Position numbers and translations under genes: made by a program
Part shown: one piece after another, positions 1 through 9,195 of the stretch
Numbering within the stretch: position 1 is the first letter of the stretch
How the letters are laid out: each line of letters starts with the position of its first letter
The notes under the pieces: model-generated
The model's input: only the letters and a program-made list of their open reading frames with translations
Told to the model about the DNA's origin: nothing
The model's database searches: none
DNA from: Verrucomicrobiales bacterium
GTDB taxonomy: Bacteria > Verrucomicrobiota > Verrucomicrobiia > Verrucomicrobiales > V1-33
Assembly (NCBI GenBank): GCA_031411295.1
Contig: JANOAV010000134.1
Location: 1-64,000, forward strand
DNA length: 64,000 nucleotides
Direction: 5' to 3'

Positions 1-222
1 AAAGATGATTCCACCCACCAGGAAGCCTGCTCCTACTCCCCATTTAAACCCATAGCGGGCCCCCAGAAACAGCGGCACCAGCAACCAAGGTGAGGGATTC
101 ATTCCCAGCCAACCGAAGTCACTAACTCCCTTGGTAAAGAAGTTGAGTGTCCCCAGCAGAACCAGCAAAATCAGCAAGTCCGCCCAAGCGCGACGGGTCG
201 TTGGGAGCAACATTTTGCCCAT
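1..222 (-). CDS. Membrane protein with PelD-like N-terminus (partial, runs off window)
   Basis: Not in the ORF track. Manual translation from ATG at 222 gives MGKMLLPTTRRAWADLLILLVLLG...NPSPWLLVPLFLGARYGFKWG, open to the window edge. The PWxLxPLxLGxRYG pattern resembles PelD transmembrane segments. Confidence 0.55.
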   Translation of the reverse strand, partial: MGKMLLPTTRRAWADLLILLVLLGTLNFFTKGVSDFGWLGMNPSPWLLVPLFLGARYGFKWGVGAGFLVGGIIF

Positions 223-419
223 GTCCTTTGTAAAATCTAGCATAAACAATAATTTCCAAAGTATAGAATTTAGAGCATTTTATTCCCTTTGCCTAGTTCA
301 AATTGTGAATATTTGCAGGGGTGCGTCCGGCTGCAGAGGAACATAAACCGCTGCAACTTTTGTTCCATTGTGCTGCAACAACCGCTTTTTGGCAAGCCTG
401 AGGAGCGAAATGAGGCGGT

Positions 420-758
420 TTACTCTGGTGATTGACGCAGTGCAGCCAGTTCTTTTTGCAGATTCCTCACATCTGCCAGCAGGCTGCCCTTGTCCGCAAT
501 GAGCTGGCTGACGGAGGATTCCTTCTTGGCGGCCAATTTACGGGAGGCATCGGCTTCGACTTCAAGATCGTGCATTCGGCGGCGGTCTTTTTGGGCTTGT
601 TCCTGCAGGCCTAAGAGCGCCTTGTTTTGTTGCACCAGCTCCTTTTTACTGACCGCATGTTGCCGGGCGGCCAAGCCCCAAAGGATCCACCCGATGGCCA
701 CGCCAATCAGCAGACAGATGAAACAGAGTAGGAATTGCTGGGAGATGAGATAGATCAT
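420..758 (-). CDS. Small protein with N-terminal membrane anchor and coiled coil; partner of the BON-OmpA gene
   Basis: ATG at 758, just downstream of the OmpA gene stop. MIYLISQQFLLCFICLLIGVAIGWILWG is followed by a Q/E/K-rich helical region. Confidence 0.75.
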   Translation of the reverse strand: MIYLISQQFLLCFICLLIGVAIGWILWGLAARQHAVSKKELVQQNKALLGLQEQAQKDRRRMHDLEVEADASRKLAAKKESSVSQLIADKGSLLADVRNLQKELAALRQSPE

Positions 759-780
759 ACGCGGGAGAAAGGTTGGGGAT

Positions 781-2952
781 TTAGCGCACTCGGAATTCCA
801 GACGACGACTGGCTGCGCGCCCGCCCTCGGTTTTAAAATCAGCCAAGGGACGGCTTTGCCCATAGCCTTTGGCCGTGATGCGGGCGGGATCAATCTGACG
901 ACGCAAGAACCATTTGCGCACCGTCTCTGCGCGGAGTTGACTGACGTTTAAATTCACGTTGGCGGAGCCCTTGTTATCCGTGTGGGCTTCGATGCTAAGC
1001 TTCAGCTCGGGATGAGCCACGAGCACGTCGAGCACCCGCTGAATCTTCGGCAGCTCCGAGGCGATGAAATCCCGCTGAGCAGCCTCAAAATAGATGGTGC
1101 AGTCAATCAGTTCCACCGCCGGATTATTCTTCAGATAGGGGGCGTCCACCACCTCGAACTGCCCTTTGACGCTGCCACCATAGGTATGTCGCAGGCGCTT
1201 TTCCATGGCCTGTAGCGCCCGTTCATCCAACACCTGCGCACTGAGGGTCAGGGTATCGTGCTGCCAGGAAATTTGTTTGATTTGCGGGAGGGCGGCCACG
1301 ACGGTGAGACCAGCTAGCAACGGAGTCCAGGCCCCCCGGCTAAGCCCGCTGGAGAGCACTTCCGCCAGGTTCTCAATGGTCAATCCAGGAAAGGTTACTT
1401 CCAAGTTAGTTGTCAGTTCGCTCTTAAGTTGCCGACTGGAGAGTTGACCTTCAACGACGATCTTTCCGTCGGTGAATTTCGCGGTCCAACCGGCATCAGG
1501 CGCTGGCAGGTAGCTGGGATCCACGGTAATTTCTGCGCCAACTTTTCCGGCATGACGCTTTAGGATCGTGCCCGTGAGCCGATCTTTGGCGGCCGTTTCC
1601 GGCACCAGGCCAGTGAAGCGCAGACGTCCATCCACCAAGCCAAAACCTTGCAGAATGAAGCCGGCTTCCAAGTTCGGAATGTCCGCCATGGGATCCAGTG
1701 CCGCGGCATACAGTTGAGTCGGGGCCAGCTTGGGAACGATCTCGATTTCGTCCTTGAACTTCATGCCGGGGAAGAGGGTGCTCAGTTTCGTGAGCAGTAG
1801 GTTCCGCCCGTTCTCGTCCGCTACTTTGCCGGTCACTTCAGACGTATCTTCCCCAATTTTCACCCACAAACTGGGCGGGGTGATGGTGTTCACCACCGGG
1901 GTGAAAAGGCTGATGGTCGCTTTCACGTTCTTATGATAGGCTTCCTCGATCGCTGAGTTCAAAGTGATCTGAGAGGAAAGGTTCAGCGCCTCCGCTTCAA
2001 TCAGCGGGGTCGGGCCGTCCAAACTAACGCGCGTGAGTTTCCCCAATTTTTGCAGGCTTCGCAAGGGTTGTAGTTGGGGCAGAATCCACTCCACCGGGCC
2101 CACCGTCTCATCAAAGACGCACTCTGCGGTGACTTTCGTGCGGCTGGAGAAAAACGTTTGCACGGCCTCCACCGCCAGCACTTGATCTGGTTCTGCAGCC
2201 AGCTTCCCTTTCATCGTGACTTGGTTGTTAGCCGCAAAGCTTAGTTCCAGCGTGGGCAGTCCAATTACCTTCAGGTCTTCCACTTGGGCCTGCGGGCTGA
2301 TCTGGCGCACGCCTTTGGCAAATGCGATTTCCGCGTCCTTGCTGGGAAGGTTCGCAGAGACAATCATCCGGCCCTCTTCCACCACCACCCAGCGGAATTG
2401 CGCCAGCTTCTCCAGCTCGGGCAGGCGTTCCAACGGATTAAGCCAAATGCCCGCCGATGTTTCCTCTGAGCCCGCCTGGTTTTGGAGGACGATCTCATCC
2501 TCCCCGCTCACGGTCGCTTTCGGAAACAGCGTGGCCACCTTTCGCAGCAACGACTTGCGCTCCAGTGGTCCGGGCACATTCCCGGAAACCTTGATCTGTC
2601 GATTGGCAAAATCCAGCCGATACGTCACCGGCAGCGGAGGCGGCACCACTAATAAGGTCTGTTGATTGTCCACTTGCAACCCCCACACGCTCACCATGTT
2701 GGAAATGCGCTCAATCAACAGACGCTTGGTTTCCGCATCGGTCACCTTGCCAGCCAAGTTGGCCGCCGGGCCGTTAAAGCTGACGCGCACGCGCTCCTGC
2801 AAATTCATGCTTTTCACAATTTGCTGCGCCCGCTCTGTGAGATCCTGTTCGATCTTGGGCACGGTATTCCAAACCCCCAGGAGAAACACTCCCAGGAAGA
2901 CCTGCAACGGCAGCATTAATCGCTGCCGAAATAAATGAAACACGCTTACCAT
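781..2952 (-). CDS. OmpA-family peptidoglycan-binding protein with multiple BON-like repeats (ArfA-like architecture)
   Basis: C-terminal IEAHTDNKGS..NLNVSQLRAETV..GYGQSRP..RRLEF is an OmpA C-terminal motif. Repeated (L/V)xGxVxxxxx(K/R)xxL segments follow an N-terminal TM helix. Confidence 0.85.
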   Translation of the reverse strand: MVSVFHLFRQRLMLPLQVFLGVFLLGVWNTVPKIEQDLTERAQQIVKSMNLQERVRVSFNGPAANLAGKVTDAETKRLLIERISNMVSVWGLQVDNQQTLLVVPPPLPVTYRLDFANRQIKVSGNVPGPLERKSLLRKVATLFPKATVSGEDEIVLQNQAGSEETSAGIWLNPLERLPELEKLAQFRWVVVEEGRMIVSANLPSKDAEIAFAKGVRQISPQAQVEDLKVIGLPTLELSFAANNQVTMKGKLAAEPDQVLAVEAVQTFFSSRTKVTAECVFDETVGPVEWILPQLQPLRSLQKLGKLTRVSLDGPTPLIEAEALNLSSQITLNSAIEEAYHKNVKATISLFTPVVNTITPPSLWVKIGEDTSEVTGKVADENGRNLLLTKLSTLFPGMKFKDEIEIVPKLAPTQLYAAALDPMADIPNLEAGFILQGFGLVDGRLRFTGLVPETAAKDRLTGTILKRHAGKVGAEITVDPSYLPAPDAGWTAKFTDGKIVVEGQLSSRQLKSELTTNLEVTFPGLTIENLAEVLSSGLSRGAWTPLLAGLTVVAALPQIKQISWQHDTLTLSAQVLDERALQAMEKRLRHTYGGSVKGQFEVVDAPYLKNNPAVELIDCTIYFEAAQRDFIASELPKIQRVLDVLVAHPELKLSIEAHTDNKGSANVNLNVSQLRAETVRKWFLRRQIDPARITAKGYGQSRPLADFKTEGGRAASRRLEFRVR

Positions 2953-3215
2953 CAACAGTTCACAAAAATATTCGTTAGTCCGAGATTATTTCCCAAGAAT
3001 CCACTCTGACAAGGAAAGAGTGGAATAATCCGCGTCTCCGATGGGCCTGCGGGCCGACCAAGCTTTCTGCAGGAATCACCCCTGCCTGCGGCTTCCCCCG
3101 GCCCAGGACAGACAAAGTGGCGCACTTCGGCGGATCATCTCCGTGCCTGGTCACACTTCGTAGTTGCTTCCCCGGGTGCCTTCCGCCACAGTGCGCCAGA
3201 AATTTCCTTCTGCCC

Positions 3216-4574
3216 ATGCGAGCCTATTTACTGCGTCGATTCCTGCTGATTCCCGTGACCCTGATCGGGGTGACGTTGTTGGTGTTTGGCCTGACGCGCA
3301 TTCTGCCCGGCGGACCGATGGAGAAGGCCATGCAGGCGGCCAGCCAGGCAGATGAGCATGGGCGCAGTTCGCGTGGGCCCGGCGGTGGCGGTAGTCTGAG
3401 CAAGGAACAGGAACTGCAGTTGGCCCGAAATTACGGTCAAGCGCGCTCTTTCCTGGCGGCGTATGCCGAATGGTGGGGCGTGATTGAGCGGGAAGACTTC
3501 CATCAGGATTTCTCCATGGAACCGAGCAAGGATGCGGCTAAACCAACCTCGGAGGAGGTGTTCCTGGGGATTCGCAATGCCGCGGGGAAACTGGAAAGCA
3601 AGCAGGGGAAGGTTACGTTAGTCAGCGCCACCGAGGTTAAATTGGAACTGACGGATGGCAGCGCGCCCACGGGTTGGTTTGTGCGCTTCGCCTCGCCCAC
3701 GGAAATGGAGATTTTGGAAGGTCGGAAGGAAGGTGGCGCGGCGGCACCTGCGGCAGATCCGACGCAGGGGGCCATTTCCCAAGACAAGCACGTGGTCGTT
3801 TACAAGAAAAAATACGCCGGGGTGCTCCAGTGGGATTTCCGCTACTCGCTAAATTTCAATGATCCGGTGTGGGACATGATCAAGGCCCGCCTGCCGGTCT
3901 CCGCATTCTACGGGTTCCTGACGATGCTGCTCACTTACACCATCAGTATTCCTCTGGGGATCCTCAAGGCCCTGCGGCATCGGACGTGGATCGATAGTTC
4001 TTCTTCCGCGCTTATTTTCATTGGCTATGCGATCCCGGGCTTTGCGGTGGGGACGGTGTTGCTAATGTTTCTAGCCTTCCGGATGGATTGGTTTCCGATC
4101 AGCGGCTTCATGAGCGATAATTTCAAAGATCTCGGCTTCTTTGCGAGAATCAAGGATCTGCTGCATCACGCAGCCCTGCCGCTAGTGTGCTTGCTGCTGC
4201 CGGCGTATGCGGAAACGACGATGCTGATGAAGAACAGTTTAATGGACAACCTCGCCCAAGACTATCTGCGCACCGCAGTGGCCAAGGGCAGCACTTACAA
4301 GCGCGCGGTCTTCGCCCATGCGGTGCGGAACTCGATCATCCCGATTGCCACCACGTTCGGGCAAAACATCATTTTGCTGGTGACGGGGTTCCTGCTGGTG
4401 GAGCAGGTCTTCGATATCCAAGGCTTCGGCCAACTGACGTTCAACGCGCTGGTGGATCGGGACTATCCCATCGTCCTGGCCACCATTTTCATGAGTTCGT
4501 TCCTGCTTGTGATCGGCAACATTATTTCCGATGTGCTCGTCGCTCTGCTCAACCCCCGCATCCGTTTTGAGTAA
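3216..4574 (+). CDS. Peptide ABC transporter permease (YejB/OppB-like)
   Basis: MRAYLLRRFLLIPVTLIG start; EAA-loop DYLRTAVAKG; C-terminal RDYP..NPRIRF. Confidence 0.92.
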   Translation: MRAYLLRRFLLIPVTLIGVTLLVFGLTRILPGGPMEKAMQAASQADEHGRSSRGPGGGGSLSKEQELQLARNYGQARSFLAAYAEWWGVIEREDFHQDFSMEPSKDAAKPTSEEVFLGIRNAAGKLESKQGKVTLVSATEVKLELTDGSAPTGWFVRFASPTEMEILEGRKEGGAAAPAADPTQGAISQDKHVVVYKKKYAGVLQWDFRYSLNFNDPVWDMIKARLPVSAFYGFLTMLLTYTISIPLGILKALRHRTWIDSSSSALIFIGYAIPGFAVGTVLLMFLAFRMDWFPISGFMSDNFKDLGFFARIKDLLHHAALPLVCLLLPAYAETTMLMKNSLMDNLAQDYLRTAVAKGSTYKRAVFAHAVRNSIIPIATTFGQNIILLVTGFLLVEQVFDIQGFGQLTFNALVDRDYPIVLATIFMSSFLLVIGNIISDVLVALLNPRIRFE

Positions 4575-6200
4575 ATGAGAAAGCTTGCTATCGTCCTCCT
4601 TACCCTGGCGCTGTTGCGGATCTTGCAGCTTGCCACCGGCTGGGAAATTCCGTTGGTTAAATGGCTCAGCGTAGCCGCATCCGCCGTGGGTGCACTGGGG
4701 TTGACGTTGCTGACCACCACCCTCTCACTCGTCAAGGCCGCGCCCAGCCCAGCCACGCTCAAGGCCATGCAGGCGTTCGTGAGTGGACTTTGGGTGTTCT
4801 GGAGTGTAAACCTCGTTTGTCTGGCCGCGTTAGGTTTAGGGGTCTATCTCTTGCAGCAGGGCGATAAAATTTCCTGGGATCCGCTCACCCTCAAACGCTG
4901 GAAACGCTTCCGCAGCTTGCGACGGGGTTATGTTTCGATGTGGATTTTGGGCGCGCTGGTCTTCATCGCCCTGCTGGACAATGTGCTGGTGGGGAAGCGG
5001 GCGTTGTTGGTGAAATACGATGGCCATGTCCGCTGTCCGTTTCTGGAGGCTGATCCCATTATGGGTCGTGAATTTGGAGTGACGCCTGGAAACTCGGAGA
5101 CGGACTACCGCGAGTTGAAGGAACGTTTCCAAGGCACCGCCAACTGGGTGCTGATGCCGCTGGTGCCCTACGATGCCCGGGCCGATACCCCGCCAGTAAT
5201 GGCCCACTTGGAAAAACGTGGGGATGGAATTTATTATGAAGTGGGAGAAGTGGAACCTTATACCGGAACCGCTGCGCAGAACTTCAAGGAGCACCCGGAT
5301 GTGAAGCGTCAGGATCTCCGCTTCCAAGCAGGGAAACTCCACGGCGGCATTTCGCTGAACGATGCTGAAGGCTCGCCCGTGGAGCGTGTGACTTATGAGA
5401 ATGGCGTGGAGCAATCACGGGTGAAACTCAACGAGAGCGATGCGGCGGCCCTCGACGCGGCAGCTAACCCGCAGTTTCAAGTCATCAAATATGCGCCCAC
5501 GCCTCCCTCTTGGCGGCACCGTCATTTCCTAGGCACAGATTCCAGTGGCGGGGATATTCTGGCGATCATGATAGGGGCCTTCCAGCTCATCATTGGCGGC
5601 ACGTTGTTCTTCCTGGTGGTGACGTATTTGATCGGCGTCGTAGTTGGCGGACTGACAGGATATCTTGGCGGATGGATCGATTTACTAGCGCAACGCGGGA
5701 TCGAAATCTGGAGCAGCATGCCGTTCCTCTATGTGATCATTTTGCTGCGCTCGCTGAATGAGCGGCCGAGCCTGTTGTTCGTCATCACTGCGCTGGCGGC
5801 ATTCAGTTGGATGGGCATTTCCGCCTACATGCGCACGGCCACGTTCCGGGAAAAGAATCGGGACTACGTGGCGGCGGCCCGGTTGATGGGGGCCAGCAAT
5901 CGACGCATGGTCTTCACCCATATTTTGCCGAACACGCTCTCCGTGCTGATCACGCTGCTACCGTTCAAGGTGGATGCGCTGATTGCCGGGCTTACCTCCC
6001 TGGACTACTTGGGCTTCGGCCTGCCGGTGGGGGAACCCAGTTGGGGCGTGCTCTTGAAGGATGGGGTGGATAATTTGGCGAAGCCCTGGATTCTCATGAG
6101 CGGCTTTGCGGCCCTGGCTTCGGTGCTGGTGTTAGTGACGTTTATTGGCGAAGCCATTCGCGAAGCCTTCGACCCCCGGAAATTCACGTATTATGAGTAA
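4575..6200 (+). CDS. Peptide ABC transporter permease (YejE/OppC-like)
   Basis: RWKRFRSLRRG, HFLGTDSSG, DYVAAARLMGA, GEAIREAFDP. Confidence 0.92.
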   Translation: MRKLAIVLLTLALLRILQLATGWEIPLVKWLSVAASAVGALGLTLLTTTLSLVKAAPSPATLKAMQAFVSGLWVFWSVNLVCLAALGLGVYLLQQGDKISWDPLTLKRWKRFRSLRRGYVSMWILGALVFIALLDNVLVGKRALLVKYDGHVRCPFLEADPIMGREFGVTPGNSETDYRELKERFQGTANWVLMPLVPYDARADTPPVMAHLEKRGDGIYYEVGEVEPYTGTAAQNFKEHPDVKRQDLRFQAGKLHGGISLNDAEGSPVERVTYENGVEQSRVKLNESDAAALDAAANPQFQVIKYAPTPPSWRHRHFLGTDSSGGDILAIMIGAFQLIIGGTLFFLVVTYLIGVVVGGLTGYLGGWIDLLAQRGIEIWSSMPFLYVIILLRSLNERPSLLFVITALAAFSWMGISAYMRTATFREKNRDYVAAARLMGASNRRMVFTHILPNTLSVLITLLPFKVDALIAGLTSLDYLGFGLPVGEPSWGVLLKDGVDNLAKPWILMSGFAALASVLVLVTFIGEAIREAFDPRKFTYYE

Positions 6201-8373
6201 ACGATTTTTGCCAACACAATTCAACGGTTCCCTGTGTCGCGATAGCGTCCTGGAGTGCGGTGGCAAGGCTCTGCGCGACACCGCTCTAGGTGCCCTGAGG
6301 CATCTTGATGTTCAGAGGAACTCTCCCTGCATGACGGGGTGTTCTCCCGGTGTTTCAAGGCTTCCGAGTGCGCTCGAAAGCGGCGTGGCGCATAGCCTTC
6401 CCGCCGCATTCCAAGACGCTGCCGCGACTGCTTGGTGCAATTGCCTGCTCGCCATTTTCACCTTCTTCTTAACGCTTGCTCCGCTCTCTGCAGAAACCGA
6501 GGACGAGCGGTTCCCGCCTTATGATAACACCGCCGAGGTGAACGCTTACTACAAGTCCAAGCCCGATTTCTTCCAGTTCAAGACCATTGATGATCTGCCG
6601 AAAGACCTGAAGTGGGAAGACGGCATGGACCTGCCGGAGTTCTCTGATCCCAACGCCCAGAAAGGCGGGACGATGCGTTATTTTCAGCCGTCATTCCCGC
6701 CCACGCTGCGTTTTGTGGGTCCAGGGGCTAACAGTAGTTTCCGTGGCCAGCACTTTGATGACATTGCCATTTACCCCGTTCAGCCGCATCCGAATGTGCA
6801 GGGGAGATATATGCCGGGCACATGCCAGCAGTGGTGCATCGTTGATCACCAAACGGTTTATCTCAGGCTCGACCCTGCCGCCAAATTCTCCAATGGGGAT
6901 CCGATCCGCGTGGACGACTATTTCATGATGTTCTATATGATGCACTCGCCCCACATCCAAGACCCTTGGTATAACAACGAGTTTACGACGAAGTATCAAA
7001 GCATCATCAAATACGACGACTTGACCTTTGCTCTGAGGCTCCCTGATCCCAAGCCGGATCCTCTGTTCTACCTAACCATTGTGCCGAGTTGTGTTAAATT
7101 TTACCGTGAGTTCGGCCCGGACTACAACCAACGCTACAACTGGCGTGCCTACCCTTCCACGGGGGCTTATGTGCTGGATACGGACACCATGATCAAAGGT
7201 CGCAAAATCAGCATGCGGCGGGTGAAGGACTGGTTTCTGAAGGATCGGAAATTTTACCGAAATCGCTTTAATCCAGATGTGATCAACTACACCATCATTG
7301 CCAATCTGGACAAGGCCTTTGAGTCGTTCCGCAAGGGCGCATTGGACTACTTCGACTTTGTCACCCCACCCATCTATTGGTATGACAAGCTGGCGGTGCC
7401 GGAGGTGTTCAATGGCTATATTTGCAAAAGTCAGTTCTACAACGACTTCCCCCGGCCTCCTTGGGGAGTTTATCTAAATTGTGCCACGCCAGGCTTGGAT
7501 GATCAACGGATTCGTGTCGGCATCCAGCATGCTCTGAACGTGCAGAAGGTCATCGATATTGATCTGCGGGGCGACTACGAGCGATTGCTGACCCCAGGGG
7601 ACGGCTACGGTCGCTTCAGCTCTACAAACCTTAAGCCACGGGAATTTTCGGTAGAGAAAGCACGCGCAGCATTCGCCTCCGCCGGCTACGACCAGCTCGG
7701 CAGCGATGGGATTCTGAAAAATGCCAAGGGCGAGCGCCTTAGCTTCGAACTGCAAGTGCGGGATAATCCAATCCACCGTCGTTATGGTCTTCGCTTCAAG
7801 GAAGAGGCGCTCAAGGCCGGGCTGGAAGTGCGCATTGAGGCGTTGGATAACACCTCCGCCTTCAAACGCCTGCGGGATAAACAACACGAGATGTGTTTTA
7901 CGGCGTGGAATATCCAGCCGCCATTTCCTAAATTCTGGGAAAACTTTCATGGCGACAACGCCTTTGAGAAAAAGAATGGAGTTTGGGAGCTGGATGTGAA
8001 CGGGCGTCGCAAAGCCAAGCCGAACACCAACAACATTACCAGCACCGACAATGAGGCATTGGATAAACTCATCGATCAATATGAGAGAGCGCAGACCGCT
8101 GATGAAATCGAGCGCCTCGCGCATCAGTGCGATCAATTGATCTACGAAGAAGCTAGCTTTGTGCCCGCCTGGGCACCCAGCTTTTACCGCACCGCCTATT
8201 GGCGTTGGATCAAATGGCCCGCCGATTTCAATGTGCGCATCAGTGACCTTGCCTGGACTAACCATGTCCTGTGGATCGACGAAGCGGAAAAACAGGCGAC
8301 GCTGAAAGCCCAACGCGAAGGTAAAACGTTCCCGGCGGTGGAACAAATCTACGATCAATACCGTGCCAAATAA
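6193..8373 (+). CDS. Extracellular solute-binding protein family 5 (YejA-like); N-terminus interrupted by a REP pair
   Basis: DPNAQKGGTMR, AKFSNGDPI, TGAY, RVKDWF, DQRIRVGI motifs. ATG at 6193 overlaps the upstream stop codon. Confidence 0.9.
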   Translation: MSKRFLPTQFNGSLCRDSVLECGGKALRDTALGALRHLDVQRNSPCMTGCSPGVSRLPSALESGVAHSLPAAFQDAAATAWCNCLLAIFTFFLTLAPLSAETEDERFPPYDNTAEVNAYYKSKPDFFQFKTIDDLPKDLKWEDGMDLPEFSDPNAQKGGTMRYFQPSFPPTLRFVGPGANSSFRGQHFDDIAIYPVQPHPNVQGRYMPGTCQQWCIVDHQTVYLRLDPAAKFSNGDPIRVDDYFMMFYMMHSPHIQDPWYNNEFTTKYQSIIKYDDLTFALRLPDPKPDPLFYLTIVPSCVKFYREFGPDYNQRYNWRAYPSTGAYVLDTDTMIKGRKISMRRVKDWFLKDRKFYRNRFNPDVINYTIIANLDKAFESFRKGALDYFDFVTPPIYWYDKLAVPEVFNGYICKSQFYNDFPRPPWGVYLNCATPGLDDQRIRVGIQHALNVQKVIDIDLRGDYERLLTPGDGYGRFSSTNLKPREFSVEKARAAFASAGYDQLGSDGILKNAKGERLSFELQVRDNPIHRRYGLRFKEEALKAGLEVRIEALDNTSAFKRLRDKQHEMCFTAWNIQPPFPKFWENFHGDNAFEKKNGVWELDVNGRRKAKPNTNNITSTDNEALDKLIDQYERAQTADEIERLAHQCDQLIYEEASFVPAWAPSFYRTAYWRWIKWPADFNVRISDLAWTNHVLWIDEAEKQATLKAQREGKTFPAVEQIYDQYRAK
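6244..6420. repeat. REP-like inverted pair (REPIN-like, 177 bp) inside the coding sequence
   Basis: 42-nt arms 6244-6285 and 6379-6420 are reverse complements at 35/42. The left arm contains GGAG followed by a GCGGTG...CACCGC hairpin. Confidence 0.85.
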
Positions 8374-8392
8374 CCCCCTGCTTTCCCCTGCC

Positions 8393-8851
8393 ATGAACCC
8401 CACCGAAACCGCTCAGGAAATCCTCGAAACCATGCTTGGCCACTTGGGCTATTCAGCACAGATTGACGTCGAGGAAGCAGAGGCCGGCCCGGTGCTGCAA
8501 GTCACCATGGAGCACGCGGAAGCCCTGATTGGGGGCCGTGCTGAGCGCTTGGAGGATTTGCAATATTTAGTGAATCGCCTGCTCCAGGTGAAGCTCCCCG
8601 AGGCTCCGAAAATTCGCGTGGACGTGGCCCACGTCCGAGAAATGAAGGAGGACGAAATGCTGGATGAAGTGCGGGCGGCTGCCGAACGTGTCCGCCGCAC
8701 GCGCTCCGCCGTGCAACTCCGCCCGCTGAATTCCTTTCACCGTCGGTTGGTGCATAATCTATTTGTCGATGACCCGGATGTAAAATCCACGTCGCCCGAG
8801 GACAAGCGTCGTTTCAAGCGCATCACTTTGGTGCCGCGCCATACCGCCTAG
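8393..8851 (+). CDS. Jag/KhpB-like KH-R3H nucleic-acid-binding protein
   Basis: ALIGGRAERLEDLQYLVN (KH-like) and PLNSFHRRLVH (R3H). Confidence 0.88.
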   Translation: MNPTETAQEILETMLGHLGYSAQIDVEEAEAGPVLQVTMEHAEALIGGRAERLEDLQYLVNRLLQVKLPEAPKIRVDVAHVREMKEDEMLDEVRAAAERVRRTRSAVQLRPLNSFHRRLVHNLFVDDPDVKSTSPEDKRRFKRITLVPRHTA

Positions 8852-9189
8852 CCCGTCACCTTCTTCACGAAGCAGGCTTTCAGTCCGATGGCGATACCGT
8901 CCATTTTGCAGGAAATTTCGTGATCCCCCTCGACCAAGCGGATGGGCTTCGATTTGGTGCCGGATTTGAGCACTTGGGAGGAATTTTTCAGTTTCAGATC
9001 TTTGATCATGGCCACCACGTCACCATCGGCCAGCACGTTGCCATAGGCATCCTTCACGATGCGCTCACCCGCTGGAACATCGGCCTCAGCGGCATGCGGC
9101 CATTCGTGGCCACAGGTGGTGCATTCAAAATGGTCGGGATGGTCCAGCAGGTCTGGCATGTCGCACATGGGGCAGGTAGGATTACTCAT
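8848..9189 (-). CDS. yjdM: PhnA/YjdM zinc-ribbon protein
   Basis: CPMC..CTTCGHEW and VKDAYGNVLADGDVVAMIKDLKLK. CAT at 9187-9189 and CTA at 8848-8850 give the minus-strand start and stop, overlapping the stop of the convergent R3H gene. Confidence 0.9.
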   Translation of the reverse strand: MSNPTCPMCDMPDLLDHPDHFECTTCGHEWPHAAEADVPAGERIVKDAYGNVLADGDVVAMIKDLKLKNSSQVLKSGTKSKPIRLVEGDHEISCKMDGIAIGLKACFVKKVTG

Positions 9190-9195
9190 ATGATG

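Noticed and set aside
3216..8373. Missing ATPase in the Yej-like ABC operon
   Set aside because: ABC ATPase genes are frequently encoded elsewhere in the genome; not unusual.
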